A stretch of 64,000 nucleotides of DNA from Amoeboaphelidium protococcarum X5 (taxonomy: Eukaryota > Fungi > Aphelidiomycota), in assembly GCA_023515725.1 (NCBI GenBank), contig JALDTO010000155.1, positions 903,147 to 967,146 on the forward strand. Reading direction: 5' to 3'. The translations under genes and the position numbers were made by a program. Below are positions 12,747 through 25,257 of the stretch, piece after piece (positions within the stretch are counted from its first letter, which is position 1; the number at the start of each line of letters is the position of its first letter). The notes under the pieces were generated by a model. That model had not been told where the DNA came from and searched no databases. It saw only the letters and a program-made list of their open reading frames with translations.

Positions 12747-15700
12747 TCACGTCTTTCTCTTCTTATACTTTCCAGATGACATGGCATCCTCGTTCTTCTT
12801 CTACTGCATGGCCATTTTCTTAAAAGTCTCCTTCTTGCGCTTCCTATTCATCTCTTCATCCAACTACTCTTCCATCTTCAACTTCTTCATGCGCTCAACC
12901 TTCTTCTTGGCATCTGTAGCTTTGCGCTTGGCCTCCTTCTCATTCTTGATGGTATTGATCTGCTGCAAGAGAGTGTAGATCTTCTTCTCCTTAGGCTCTA
13001 AAATAACAGCTCTCTTCTAAGAGTAGAGCGGCTTGTTGGATGCACGCTTCACATCAGACTTTGGACGCGTGGAATATGGAAGCTCCTTCATAATCGCTTT
13101 CGGAATCTTTAGCTTGTTAAACTTTCTGACCTCCGGACGATCAGTGATGGACTTGTACTCAGAGTCTGTATTCCGAGGGATAGGAATCTTGTTATCATGA
13201 CGCACATCTCTGATCAACCGCATACCCTTCCACTCAGACTTTGAACTTTACGCCAGAAGCATATTAGTCACTGGATTGTAATACTTGTTAGCTTTCACCG
13301 GATACCAACACTTCAGGAACACAATATCAGACATTATAATCTTATCCTCGAAGGTAGCACGGAATGCACCGGGCACAGTCTTTACATACTTCTTCACTTG
13401 ACCACGTATACCGGACACTGTACGAATACTAGCACCTTCAAATTTGGCCACCTCGAGAGCGGACGTGAACATGTCCTTGATGAACGCCGTCTTTCTCTTG
13501 ATCATAAATGGATGTCCAGTCAACTTCAACTTCTTCACAATCTGGAAATTCTGATCATTCTCCAACACTACACCAGTGGCAGCAATACGAAAATCCGACG
13601 ATAATTCACTTACAGACTGAAAACAGCAGAATCCAGTATTAGCAGCTGACAGCGGACCATAGAACGTAGCCAGACAATGCATGTGCTCAGGCGTGTACTT
13701 CAACAGACGATTACGCGTATTATCATTTAGGGAGTACTGCGGCATAGACTAGAATCTTCTCCAGCCAAGTGAGAATATCAGAGGATCATTAGTCTTCAAA
13801 ATTCTCTTATACCAACGATGCTTCTTGATACGAACCTGAAGAAAGCCCATCTTCTCTTCATTAGGGAGGAGACCGCCGAGCAGTATTGGATACGTGGCAT
13901 CAAAATTCTGGACAAATTCAGCAGGTACTCCCTTAATGATAATGCGGACATATTATCCAGGTAGATAACCTTCAACCTTTGATCTAACGTCAACATCATC
14001 TTACTCAAATTCTTCAGTGTTGATCTACTTCTGCTTGGCCATTTCACTTTTCACCTTGTCGTAATAGGTTGCTGGTTCTGGCTGATCCATAGTTCCATCT
14101 TCATCAAGATCATCCACACCCAAACTTCCTCCATTACCCTTATTGTCATACTCGGCATCAAACTTTTTCTTCAGCTACTCCTTCTTCTTTTATATCTCTG
14201 CCAGCTTATCATCATTATCATCTGCAATATTAGAGGAAATAATATTAGACAATTTCTCAACCTATGTTGGTGCGTCTTATTCTGGATCTTATGCTTCCAA
14301 ATCCTCAAAATCGCCATACACCTCTTCTTCTTCTTCACCATCCGCTCTCATATCATCGCCTTCAAGAGACGCCATATTGTCTTCGCCATCACCTTCGCCA
14401 TCTAAAGCTCCAGTGATAAATCGATTTCTAATGGATTCCAACTTTTTAGAATCCATCCAGTCATCGAGATTACCGTCAACAGCCTGATAATCCTCCACTG
14501 ATTGCTGACATTAACTCCCTTATTATTATTACTTTGAAGAATCTTGATCGACTCTCTTCAAAAAATTACCAACCGAATCTAAAGGTTTGCGCGTGTTATT
14601 CAACTTTAAGTCCCCTTAGGTGGAGCCGTACACCAGATCCATCAGATTGACGATAGAACTCTTCTTAAAAGTACTCTCTGCCTTCTCCTACAACTTTTTC
14701 TTCCACTCCATAGAGACTTCTAACGCACCATCTTCATCTGAATAATTATCATTATCAGAATTATACGGCAGATCCTCACCATCATCTCCATTCAACAAAA
14801 GATCTTCATCTGACAAATCTCCAATATCGCTATCACTATCAGCAAAGTCAATATCCTCCTCTTATTCGGCATTAACAAAGCCATTCTCTTCAACACCTCT
14901 CTATTCAGATTCAGATATTTCACCTTCAACATCAGACAATAAATCTTCTTCATCCTCCTCATCATCCTCCTCATCTACTTCAGAATCATTATCGCCAAAT
15001 ACAGCTCTTCTTCTAACGCGCCCGGTATCGTCAACCTCCTGCTGCTCAATGGGATATCTCTACTTCATTGCAGATGCATCTTCATCCGAATCATCGCCCA
15101 TATCTTCACTGTCTTCAGAACTAGACTAATCCTCCTCATCCACTTTTGTTTTCCATTCATCAGACTTAAATGCTTTAGATTTACTGAACAATCTCAGTTA
15201 AGATCCTTGCAACTATTCAGCTAGCGTAATCTAGGTGCTTTACATGTTCGTGATCAACTGCTCACCTTCAGTCTTTTACACATTCTATAGAGCTTCGATC
15301 AAGGCGGGATCATTTCCCCCATCCTGATTACCAGCGTCTTCTGCATCATCCACTGCACTTCTGACTGGCATATCTTCCTTCTTACTAAGATACCCGGGCA
15401 CTGAAATATAGACTGCATCCTTGTCATACATGATACCACCGAGATTAGACATGGGTGCGTACACGGAAATCTACTTCTCATCAAGACGTCTCTTGGTCAC
15501 CTCCCGAAGAGTGGATGGACACGGGCACGGATCGGGCAGAGCACTGATATTATCCACCTGGAAATCACCGACTCCAGCCAGGTGCACATTCATCTTATTA
15601 CGCATCCTGGTACCTCTAGCGTAACCATATAATGATATGGTTCTATCGCACTTCTCCTTGGTGCGAAATATCTCCTCTTCCGGCGTCAGGTCTTCAAATC

Positions 15701-16825
15701 TATCACACAGCACGTAAGAATGAGTATTCCTGAATATCAGAGGTCGGAACTTGGTGACACTAATAAATCTACTTAGATTAAGAATCTCATTCTTGGGATA
15801 CTTGGTACCATGAAGAAGACCGGATAGGTAGAACAGTTTGGCACCCTGATAAATCTCAGTCCAGAACCTGTGCTTCAACTTCTTCTTCACAGCCTTCAAC
15901 TTCTTGACTCCATTGTTCCTGGCCAAGAATTTAGGAGAGTCCAAGTGGGTGAGCACGCCAATAATACGAGGGAATCCATGGCTCTGCACAATGTTCAAAA
16001 ACTCAAAAGTCTCCATCTCAAAGCCAAATGACGCGTCCACAGTCAATATGACCAGATCAGCAATCTTGGCGATATCCACCATGGCATTGATATCATTGGA
16101 GCATTCAATAAAAGTCAATCTCTTCTTCTTACCAGCCACTACAGTCACAGGGCCTTTGATTTCGGTAAGACTTTGCTTTGTATATCTTTTCACCAGGCAC
16201 TTGATTAGCGTACTTTTACCAGTCTACACAGTGACATAATTAGTGAATCATAATGAGTTGATATACATATAAAGAGCTATGGCGCAGTGCTTTAATTAAA
16301 CCAATGAGAACCAATGAGGAGATGCATGTCATTGAGGTAGTAAATGTATCGATGACTTACACAAATTGATATAAACTTGTAATCAATTCACCTTATAGTA
16401 TCGACAATTATAGATTGAATATTGATCTATCACTATTCCGTTAGGTGACACGACTATAGATAAAAGTCGATCGCCAAATACTAGTGAATAAGAGATGGAT
16501 ATAGACCATAACTCAACGCGAGTCCTCATTCATTGATTAAGCCAAAGCACGGCACCATAACCCGAAAATGTATAATAAATCATACCTTTGGAGGACCGAC
16601 AACAGCGACAATAACTGGCGGTTACTGCTCAGGAGTTCTATCAACCAGCGGGACGTGTAATCTACGCTCAGATATATCTGCATTTCTCCTACCAGTCCGA
16701 TTAGCCTTTCCAGAGTTGGCAAACGCGAAAGCTTTGGGATTGTTCTTTGCCGTGCTGACGCGTTTCTTCTTATCCACCTTCTTTCCAGCCTACTTTGGTC
16801 TATGTTACTTGTTCTCAGAATCCAT
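12747..16825 (-). CDS. BMS1: Ribosome biogenesis GTPase BMS1; one intron 16224-16585
   Basis: [24 protein letters not shown]|TGKST (P-loop split by the intron), [51 protein letters not shown] and [21 protein letters not shown] at 12747-12749. Confidence 0.97.
16274..16563 (-). ncRNA. Candidate structured intronic RNA element in BMS1 intron 1
   Basis: Sense arms GGGUUAUGGUGC-c-GUGCUUU...AUGAGGA (16563-16523) and UCCUCAU...AAAGCAC-u-GCGCCAUAGCUC (16320-16274) pair with several G-U wobbles and enclose further hairpins. Confidence 0.6.
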
Positions 16826-17149
16826 TAATATCGAGAGTGAGTAATTATAATTGATAAAGAGTTCAGAAGATTGATGACAAAAATGATAGATATGGTAGAT
16901 GGAGAAAATTGATCAAATATCGTTCTTGGTAACACACTTGTTAGCAGGTTATGAGATGGAGAGAGATTTTCAACTTTTTCACATGACGCGTTTCAAAGTG
17001 CTACAGAATTCGGCTCTCATCAGTATTGACTTTTCATTGAGCCTTTTTGAGCCTTTGGATAGACAAAACAATATTATCTCTTAAGGTGAAAGGATATAAA
17101 AAAGGATAAGTAACATGAAAATAGACATAGTAGTATATTTAACTTATCA

Positions 17150-18428
17150 TGTGTTTGTATAACAGAACACATTTATCAAAACAACGTTATCATAATCTTT
17201 GAACTTTTGAATCTTAAACTCTGTCTGACTACCATGAGAAATTGAAGGACTATTTTGGCTCTTCAAAGGACTCAACAAGTCCTCTAAAACAACCAGCATA
17301 TTCTAACGAGCCAGATGGTCAAGTATACTTTATTCGAAAGACGGTGATTCAGATTGGCGTCAACCATCCAAAGCTGACAGATCACGACAGTTTAACAATC
17401 TAACTTTGAGATGCTCCCTAGGCACATGCCTATTTCACACCCGATCCGTCAAATCTTTCAACACTTAAACATTCTGGGATGTCAGCATCGATAACATTAT
17501 AAAGTCCTCCATCTACATCAAACATTGCAAACACTGCATCCCACGGATATTGAAATCGCGTCTCATTATAATTTAATCTCTAGAAATGTTATGGTCCCTG
17601 CAGATAACTCATCACCCTGTATTCATTCGCAATCGACACTCATTCAGCGCATTAATCATACTCATATATCTTTATCTATGAACTTGCGTGAAGTAGTGAT
17701 AGGAGTTCACATGTCGCTCCCAATGACGAGACTAATATAGCATAACCATGGTGCCTATATGCTAATAGCGCAAAATCACCCACAGAAACCGTTTACACAC
17801 CACCAAAATCCAGTTCATCGTTATAAATGAAATTTATATAACGATCCAGCAGATATAACATGCGGCCGGATACCAGCAAAATTTCGTCAATAATTAATGA
17901 AATTAATCGATTTGATGTCCTTCCTAACATTGGCTCTCACGCTTATTTAAAATCTTTCATCAGACTCTGCACTAAAAGGATGACATCCACCAACTAAGTC
18001 CAACGTTCCTTTAACTTGGCGAAATCATCGTCAGTAAAACTTACATCAGACACATCAGCATAATTGGCAAACCCATTAGGAGCACGCCCAAACATCAAAC
18101 TGAAAGGAGTAGATCCATGCAGAATGCCAAATGTCCGGTGAAGAGTGTGTTCATTGACGCGTTTAGCAGCGCTATTAGTGGCAGCTAATACCCGGTAATT
18201 AAATTTTGAACGTCGATCAGAGTCGATGTGTCTTCTAATCGCATTAACCACAGCAGACTTTCCAGAACCAACGTATCCAGTGATAAACGCGTTTTTTTCC
18301 TTCACAACAACGTCAATTGCACCATTCTAATCAAGCGTCAAATTGTTTTAACGTGATCTCTCATTCTAATATTCCTCAATTTATAACTGCGCTTGCCTCT
18401 TACAGCTAGATTTCCTTTCTTACTTCAT
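17150..18428 (-). pseudogene. Degenerate PIF1-family (SF1B) helicase
   Basis: FITGYVGSGKS (motif I) and LAATNSAAKRVNEHTLHRTF (Ia). After an in-frame TGA at ~17938 and frameshifts come LIIDEILLVS (II), FGGVQTVSVGDF (III) and FTQVHRQ (IV). The 3' end is eroded and the lower boundary is approximate. Confidence 0.7.
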
Positions 18429-18797
18429 GATAGAGAGGTCACAAATAAAACTGACGGACTCTTTCACATCGAGGCGCGTAGCCAGCTTTGGTAAGACAGT
18501 GCGCTGGCCTTACAGATTTTCTCTAATAAAAGACTCATGAAATTCTTTCCCCAGTAATTACGCTAAGCATCTCCCAAAATTAGTACGTTAATCGTACACT
18601 TAAGCGTAAAGCTATTCACAGTACTACACTGCTTTAGACGAACGGCGATATAACCAGCGAAGAAGGAAAGCGCGAGATCTTGTTTGATTCAATACTCTAT
18701 CTCTAGCAGAAGTTGAACTTTTCTTCTTTAATCCACCAAGACAACGTTAATTAATTACCTCTTTATAGTTTTATTGAAAAAGATCATAGACTATAAG

Positions 18798-19532
<735 letters not shown>

Positions 19533-19674
19533 GTTAGTGATATACGATGTGTTCTTTTTATACACTCGTGAATGTGTCAAGAATTTCTTAAATTTTTTAT
19601 GCAACGCAAGTTTGAAAACTTTACAAAATATACAGGTTTTTTGGTTGGGATTGATCTACCGAATTATCAGTAAA

Positions 19675-20751
19675 ATGACATAGGAGTTTGAATTTTAATT
19701 AGATTTTGGCAATAGCGCTATTAATGATTTAAGTTAATAGGCTTAATAAACTGATATATACGTGTCTAAGCCTTGTAAACGCGTTACATTTGCCAACTAG
19801 TCTTGCACTGATCAAGATGTGATTGATGGCGATGTCGAGAGAGATACAACAATGCACGTAGTATCTGAGTGCGTCCGCATTGGTGATTAATTTACTCTAT
19901 TTAAAAGGAGTTATGACGATATATAGTTTTAAATTATGCAGTAGGATGATAATGACATGGAAGGTGAGAGCGGAAATGATCTAGCTCGTATTATATAGCA
20001 ACACTCAGCCACCGACCTGGTACCTAATGTTTATGAAGGCGGATGTAAGACTTGGGAGTGTAGCATTGATCTATGTCTGTACTTGTATGAATTCTTTCAG
20101 TCTATCGATCATAATCACCATGGTACATTAACAAGTCCTCTTCGCGTTTTGGAAATTGGCTGTGGTAGCGCATTGCCTTCAATCACTTGTATGCAATTCG
20201 GGAATCAATACGTTCAGAGTATCGACGTGTAAGATTACAATAAAGAAGTCATAGAAATGGTCACTATGCCCAACTTCCTTCTCAATTCACGATAGTTGAA
20301 TGAACGGCGTTGCGAGATGGCGGCAAGTAATGGTGGTCGCGTCCCAGCTCAGCAAGACATGGAGATTGATACGCGAACTGTAAGTGATGTTAGTGATTCT
20401 AGTATTGATGGAATAGCATTAGGATTCTATGCTGGCGATTGGGAATAACTGCCAGATGCCATAAATTCTTGTGACAATCTGACGGAGAGTAGAAAGTATG
20501 ATTTGATCTTGGGTAGTGAGGTGATGTATTGCTAGGAGAATTATCACAAGCTGACGCGTATAATGACTTAACTACTATCCAAGTAAGGTTTTGCACTGTT
20601 CAGCTGTAAGTCTTAATACTTTGGGTGCACCGGAGATTTGTATTCGTTCAAGGAGTATATACAGAGTCAGAATCAATTTCATATTGAGACCGTGTTCACT
20701 TCACCCGGCCCAGGGCTGAGTCGAGAAATTATTAAAGTTACGTTACTCTGA
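19675..20751 (+). CDS. HPM1: Protein-histidine N-methyltransferase HPM1/METTL18 family
   Basis: DLVPNVYEGGCKTWECSIDL, RVLEIGCGSALP, QDYNKEVIEMVTMPN, FYAGDW, YDLILGSEVMY and YFGCTG. One frame to TGA 20749-20751. Confidence 0.9.
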
Positions 20752-21880
20752 TTGATTATAAATGTTGTTTTCATCTCGTGGGTGAATTTTTCGAAGGCTT
20801 CTAGCTCGCTCACTTCCCATAAAACGCGCCGAGTTGATTAAAGATGTTTCAGAATGCAGTAACTGTGTTAAAAGGTAACAAAAGTTCAAGTTAAATAGAG
20901 AATTCAGGCTATGAAGAACTTAAATTATTATTTTATCAGGTCTTCAATTTTAAGACTCGTCACCAAATTAAATACGCGCATCCACGACATTTCCCTCAAG
21001 AATTTATAGAATCCTGGCAACACCAGCTTTTAATTTATCAACATCTGACTTTGATTGATCAAATTCAACCCTTGTGACTCGTGAAAGACGTAGCCTAGGC
21101 ACTAGGATTGCTTGTGTTTTGTAGAAGCATCTTTCCACGTACAGATGCCACTTTATTTGCATGATTAGATTTCAATTAACCCGGCGAGAATTTTATGCAG
21201 TGCTGGGCATTCGTATGAATGACATGAACGGATATAAATTCGGACTTACCTACATGAATGAGTCAGATGAACAGACTATTTCAGCCATATGAACCATGGA
21301 GTAGCCGAATTCAGACAGACATTATTGTTCAATCCTTCTCTGAATTCAGACTTTAAGGAGGTATCATTCCAGCCTATGCCAGAAGAGAGATATCTAAATT
21401 CAGCCGCATAGGCGGAGACAGACGAAGTGCCTTGTTTCAATTTACGTAGTGACGGATATGACTTGTAATACTTTACTTGCTGCGTGGATCATCATTTACA
21501 ATGCTGTAAAGTAGTTTAAACACAGATTTGACCAAACACTGAAATTAATCAATCAGCTCCCTATCCTTTACCGAATCAGTTTAATCGCGTCGCGCCTCCT
21601 CCGCTATAATCTAAGAGGCGCTTTACCATTTTCATGACAAACGCTTACTGCAGCGTTACGAAAAAACTTGTTGATGGTAACTGCCCAACAATGGACATTA
21701 TCATACAGGGACAACTTTTGTCCGAATTATCCGTGGCGAAATTTAGTTTGATTAAGATAATCTAGCATTGTATCAGCTAGTATTGATTTTCTCACATTTG
21801 CGGCCACCGTAGCTCTTTTCTTGACAGATTGATTCCCCGTCGGTCGAAATACAACCATTAATTAGCATTAAGCAATAGTA

Positions 21881-22786
21881 ATGTCAGATTCCAAGTAGAG
21901 TAGCAGTTCCAGATTTATCTCCCAGAGACCTTAATTACATAAGGAATAATTTCATAAAGTAGTAGATCGAAGCAAGATCTAGTAAAAACGCGATGGTCAG
22001 ATAGGAGGAGTATTGGATGCCGACATGAGACAGTAGTTTGATTCTGTATGGGAAAACAATAATCTTTCGAATGGTCAAATATAACACCATCTTTAAAGTG
22101 AAAAGTCAACTATCGGTACTGATCATAATTACCGATTTCATGAAATTAATAAAGCTCTTAGATAATAGCATGGCCAGCATTAGTTATCTGTGGATGAATT
22201 TGATCGATACCTTACAATTCATGGTAGTGATGATATTTAGGGAGGAGATCTTTCAAATCTGTCAGCTAATAATAATGATGATCATATGCAATAAGTATGG
22301 CATAGTCAGTAGAGTAGTGTTGCGAGTTAGTAGGAGTACAGTGTAGATCAGTAATTCTCCCAAATTTGGTCATCAGCTGTGGATTGCGCTTTTGATTAAT
22401 TGTCATTAGATGCTACTACTACCATTTTGAACCAAGATTAGATGGATCTAACTTCTCAGTATTTAGATTAGTAAATTGAGCAGAAGGCTGTTCTGCAAGA
22501 TAGCGATACATTAACCAATACATCTACAGTACAGGCTGCTTCGTAATTAAGGAATACTCTGAGTGGTATCATTGAAAATAATGATCAATTGGTGCATGAC
22601 CATCAACTATATCCTGCATATGCGCGGTCTTCTTTGATAAATACTAGTTAAGGTGTATCATAAGGTGAAGTTGCGGATCAGTCTATCCTCGCTCATAAAC
22701 TCTAATCATCTTAATTTTCTAAATTTGTTGGTAAACTGGCTTCGTAAGAGTTGCGCTTTGAAAGTGACAAGATTATAGAGCAGTGA
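21881..22786 (+). CDS. Pex20/Pex18/Pex21-like PTS2 peroxisomal co-receptor (301 aa, no TPRs)
   Basis: Disordered Q/D/S-rich body with aromatic pentapeptides FDSVW and FSQIW. It ends in KLQSSQFSKFVGKLASQELRFESDKIIEQ, matching the Pex7-binding motif of Pex20/PEX5L. Confidence 0.6.
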
Positions 22787-22980
22787 AGTTCTTTCTCATG
22801 AATGATCAAGACCATTATATGTTACATTTAGTCTTTTACTAACATACACATTTCCTCATTATGGAGATAGAAAAACGCGTAATATATACAACACGCGACA
22901 CTAAGTGATGGCTCACTGTCGCTTCTACCATTACTGTGGTGTCTTTATAGAGTCTAGCAAACTTGGAGTGGTGGCAAATA
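22718..22980 (+). repeat. Copy 1 of a diverged direct duplication (Pex20-like 3' end, intergenic DNA, YTA7 3'-end remnant)
   Basis: 22718-22776 vs 25004-25062 match at 55/59. TATGTTACATTTAGTC is shared. 22952-22980 vs 25229-25257 match at 26/29. Confidence 0.85.
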
Positions 22981-23610
22981 CATGATGATTAAAGTTCTTG
23001 TTCTCTCCATCAATAGCTTCTTATTGAGGGAGTTATAACTTTAATAAGTAAGATACTAAATTCATTTTCACTGAGTGGCGCAAGATCAGCACCTACTCTA
23101 GAAACGAGAGCAGTTCAAAATTGTTCCATCCGATTCAGCTTGATTAAGAGCTGTCAAATCATTCTAAAGAGTTTAAACTGGCACCGAAAGCTAATGTAAC
23201 TTATTTCACTTCGCAAAATAAAAGCAGGTGGCATTTTGGTTACCATTTAAGCGCTTACATGCCTATACTCTAAGCTTGAAAGAAATTTCCGCATTAACTA
23301 CTTTAGACCTGTCCTTGTATAAGATTATAGCGAAATTCCAAATACATGATTTGTTCGGTGTATTTCCAAACATTGGTCTGAGCTGAGACGTAGGAATTGA
23401 TACTGTTTATGTAACAGCATTAGTTCTATTAAACGTTATTTTGACCACTCGTCCAATATATAACATTCATTCTTATCTTCGAACTTTTAAGTGGAAAAGC
23501 GATTTGAGATGGGCAGAGACGCGAGGCGATGCCTTAGTCGTTGATATTGTCAAATAAAAGAGAATGAAATACAGCCAAGAATTCTGAATTAAACTCCGAA
23601 TTTAATTCTG

Positions 23611-24924
23611 TCATGATCTAATACCCAAATTCTTCATCCTCTCAATAACGATGTCTGCTGCTATAGTTTGTGGATCAGTATCGTCTTCTTCGGTCAAATC
23701 GGCGCGCGAATTTCTTGGGGTTGAGTTATATGCCAATCGCACCATTTGCACTACCCGTTTGTAAACGTTGATGCATTTATCGATCTTGAAATCTCGCATG
23801 CTAGCACTGTAAATTGCCGTTCTACCATATTTCATTGCGTTCGTTCGAGTCAAGTCCGGACGTACATATCCCATACACCAACGTTCACCATCGGTATAAA
23901 TCCAGAATGTTCTGTAATCGTCCCTCCCGCGCTAATTTTTCCTTCGAATACAAACAGCACTTGCGGCCTGAGCAAGAACCTGAGCAAATCCTTCATGTTC
24001 AAAAGTTGAAGGCTTTTACTTAGCTTCCACGACGAATAGAGTCGTGTCATGGGGAATTTGCGCGCCTTTCTTAGATTGTCCAATAGCAAAATCTAGAGGA
24101 CCGGAATATTCAACTCTTTGGGACTGATCATCATCATCATCATCATCGTCAATAATTCCGACTTCGCGTATGACTTTAATTTTCAACTGGCCATCGAGTA
24201 TAAAGAATTATTTCTATTTGTCAACTTCTTCCAACGCAAACAGCAAATTGAGTTCAATAATAGTCCGCCGTGAATTTTCAGCATTTAGCGTGTGTCGAGC
24301 ACTTAGTAGAGTGAGAGCCTTTTCAAGTTCTCCCGGAAATATTACATTAGATCCATCGCAGTGTAGATCCCAATTATCATCCTCATCCTCCAATCCAAAG
24401 TCTTGAATCACCTGGTCCATAGTGACTGTGGAAAAATTCTCCATTCGATCAATATCTTTGGTTTCCTTAACCTTCAAAGAGTAAGAAGAGTTCTCGAAGG
24501 TAGTAGTAGACCAGAATCCCGACTCATCATAAACCAGCAGCGTCATATTACCATCATCCTTCCACAAGTAAACATTTTCTAGACGATTTTGTTGGAGAAA
24601 GCTTTTCAACGGCAACCTTCCATTATGCAATTCGACCGTTTACGTCGTGTATCCACCTTTCTTTATCCTCGCACCCCACCGATAGAGATCAAAAGTCACT
24701 TTCGTAACCGACACAGACACATTGCTCGCACTAGACTGAAGCTTGTGAAGGTGATTATAGATGGCGATGCCATTAATGGTGCCAGCAATCTTCTCCCATT
24801 GTGCTTCGGTGAAATTCATCATCTCTTCAAACGTAGTCTTCCCCTCCTCAAGATCATCGACCAGATTGTTCAGCTCCTTCCTTTTCAATAGAGCAAGCAG
24901 AGTGTCAATGGTCGGCGTTGTCAT
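23611..24924 (-). CDS. Crinkler/RHS-type effector-like protein: N-terminal SAM-like header plus C-terminal PD-(D/E)xK restriction-endonuclease-like domain (437 aa)
   Basis: ORF fragments at 24640, 24214 and 23611 join in frame via TAR=Q. Header FEEMMNFTEAQWEKIAGTINGIAIYNHLH. Nuclease motifs YSGPLDFAI, LFVVEAK, GFAQVLAQ and FWIYTDGERW. Confidence 0.7.
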
Positions 24925-25003
24925 TTGCGTTTTCTGAAGTTTTTTTTCAAGAAGGAGAGAAGGTAAGGGGATCGGCAGTCAATCATCTTGCAGTACGTAG
25001 TTG

Positions 25004-25257
25004 TCTAAGTTTGTTAGTAAACTGGCCTCGTAAGAGTTGCGCTTTGAAAGTGAAAAGATTATTAAATAAAAATGATGATCAATTTAAGAGTTACTATGTT
25101 ACATTTAGTCTCTTACACATACACATTTTCACGTTTTTAAATGGATACGATCACTGCAAATGACAAGCCGCACGCGAAACAGAGAGGAAGAACTATCAAT
25201 GACGCTTTTATTAAGGAATCTTGAGAGCGTCTAGCAAGCTCGGAGTGTTGGCAAATA
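25004..25257 (+). repeat. Copy 2 of the direct duplication (Pex20-like remnant, intergenic DNA, functional YTA7 3' end)
   Basis: See copy 1; the offset is ~2.28 kb. Confidence 0.85.

Noticed and set aside
16274-16563. SRP RNA, RNase P/MRP, TPP riboswitch or MITE identity for the BMS1 intron element
   Set aside because: The hallmark motifs were not found, and strand-specific G-U pairing argues against DNA-level TIRs. Left as an unknown structured RNA.
20844-21620. Possible gene with an intron at 20875-20939
   Set aside because: All frames I tried hit TGA within short distances and no motif was recognised. It may be a decayed gene but I cannot support a call.
21660-21800. Minus-strand peptide WAVTINK resembling PIF1 motif V
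   Set aside because: An isolated 7-aa match without the following SQG, and on the wrong side of the PIF1 relic.
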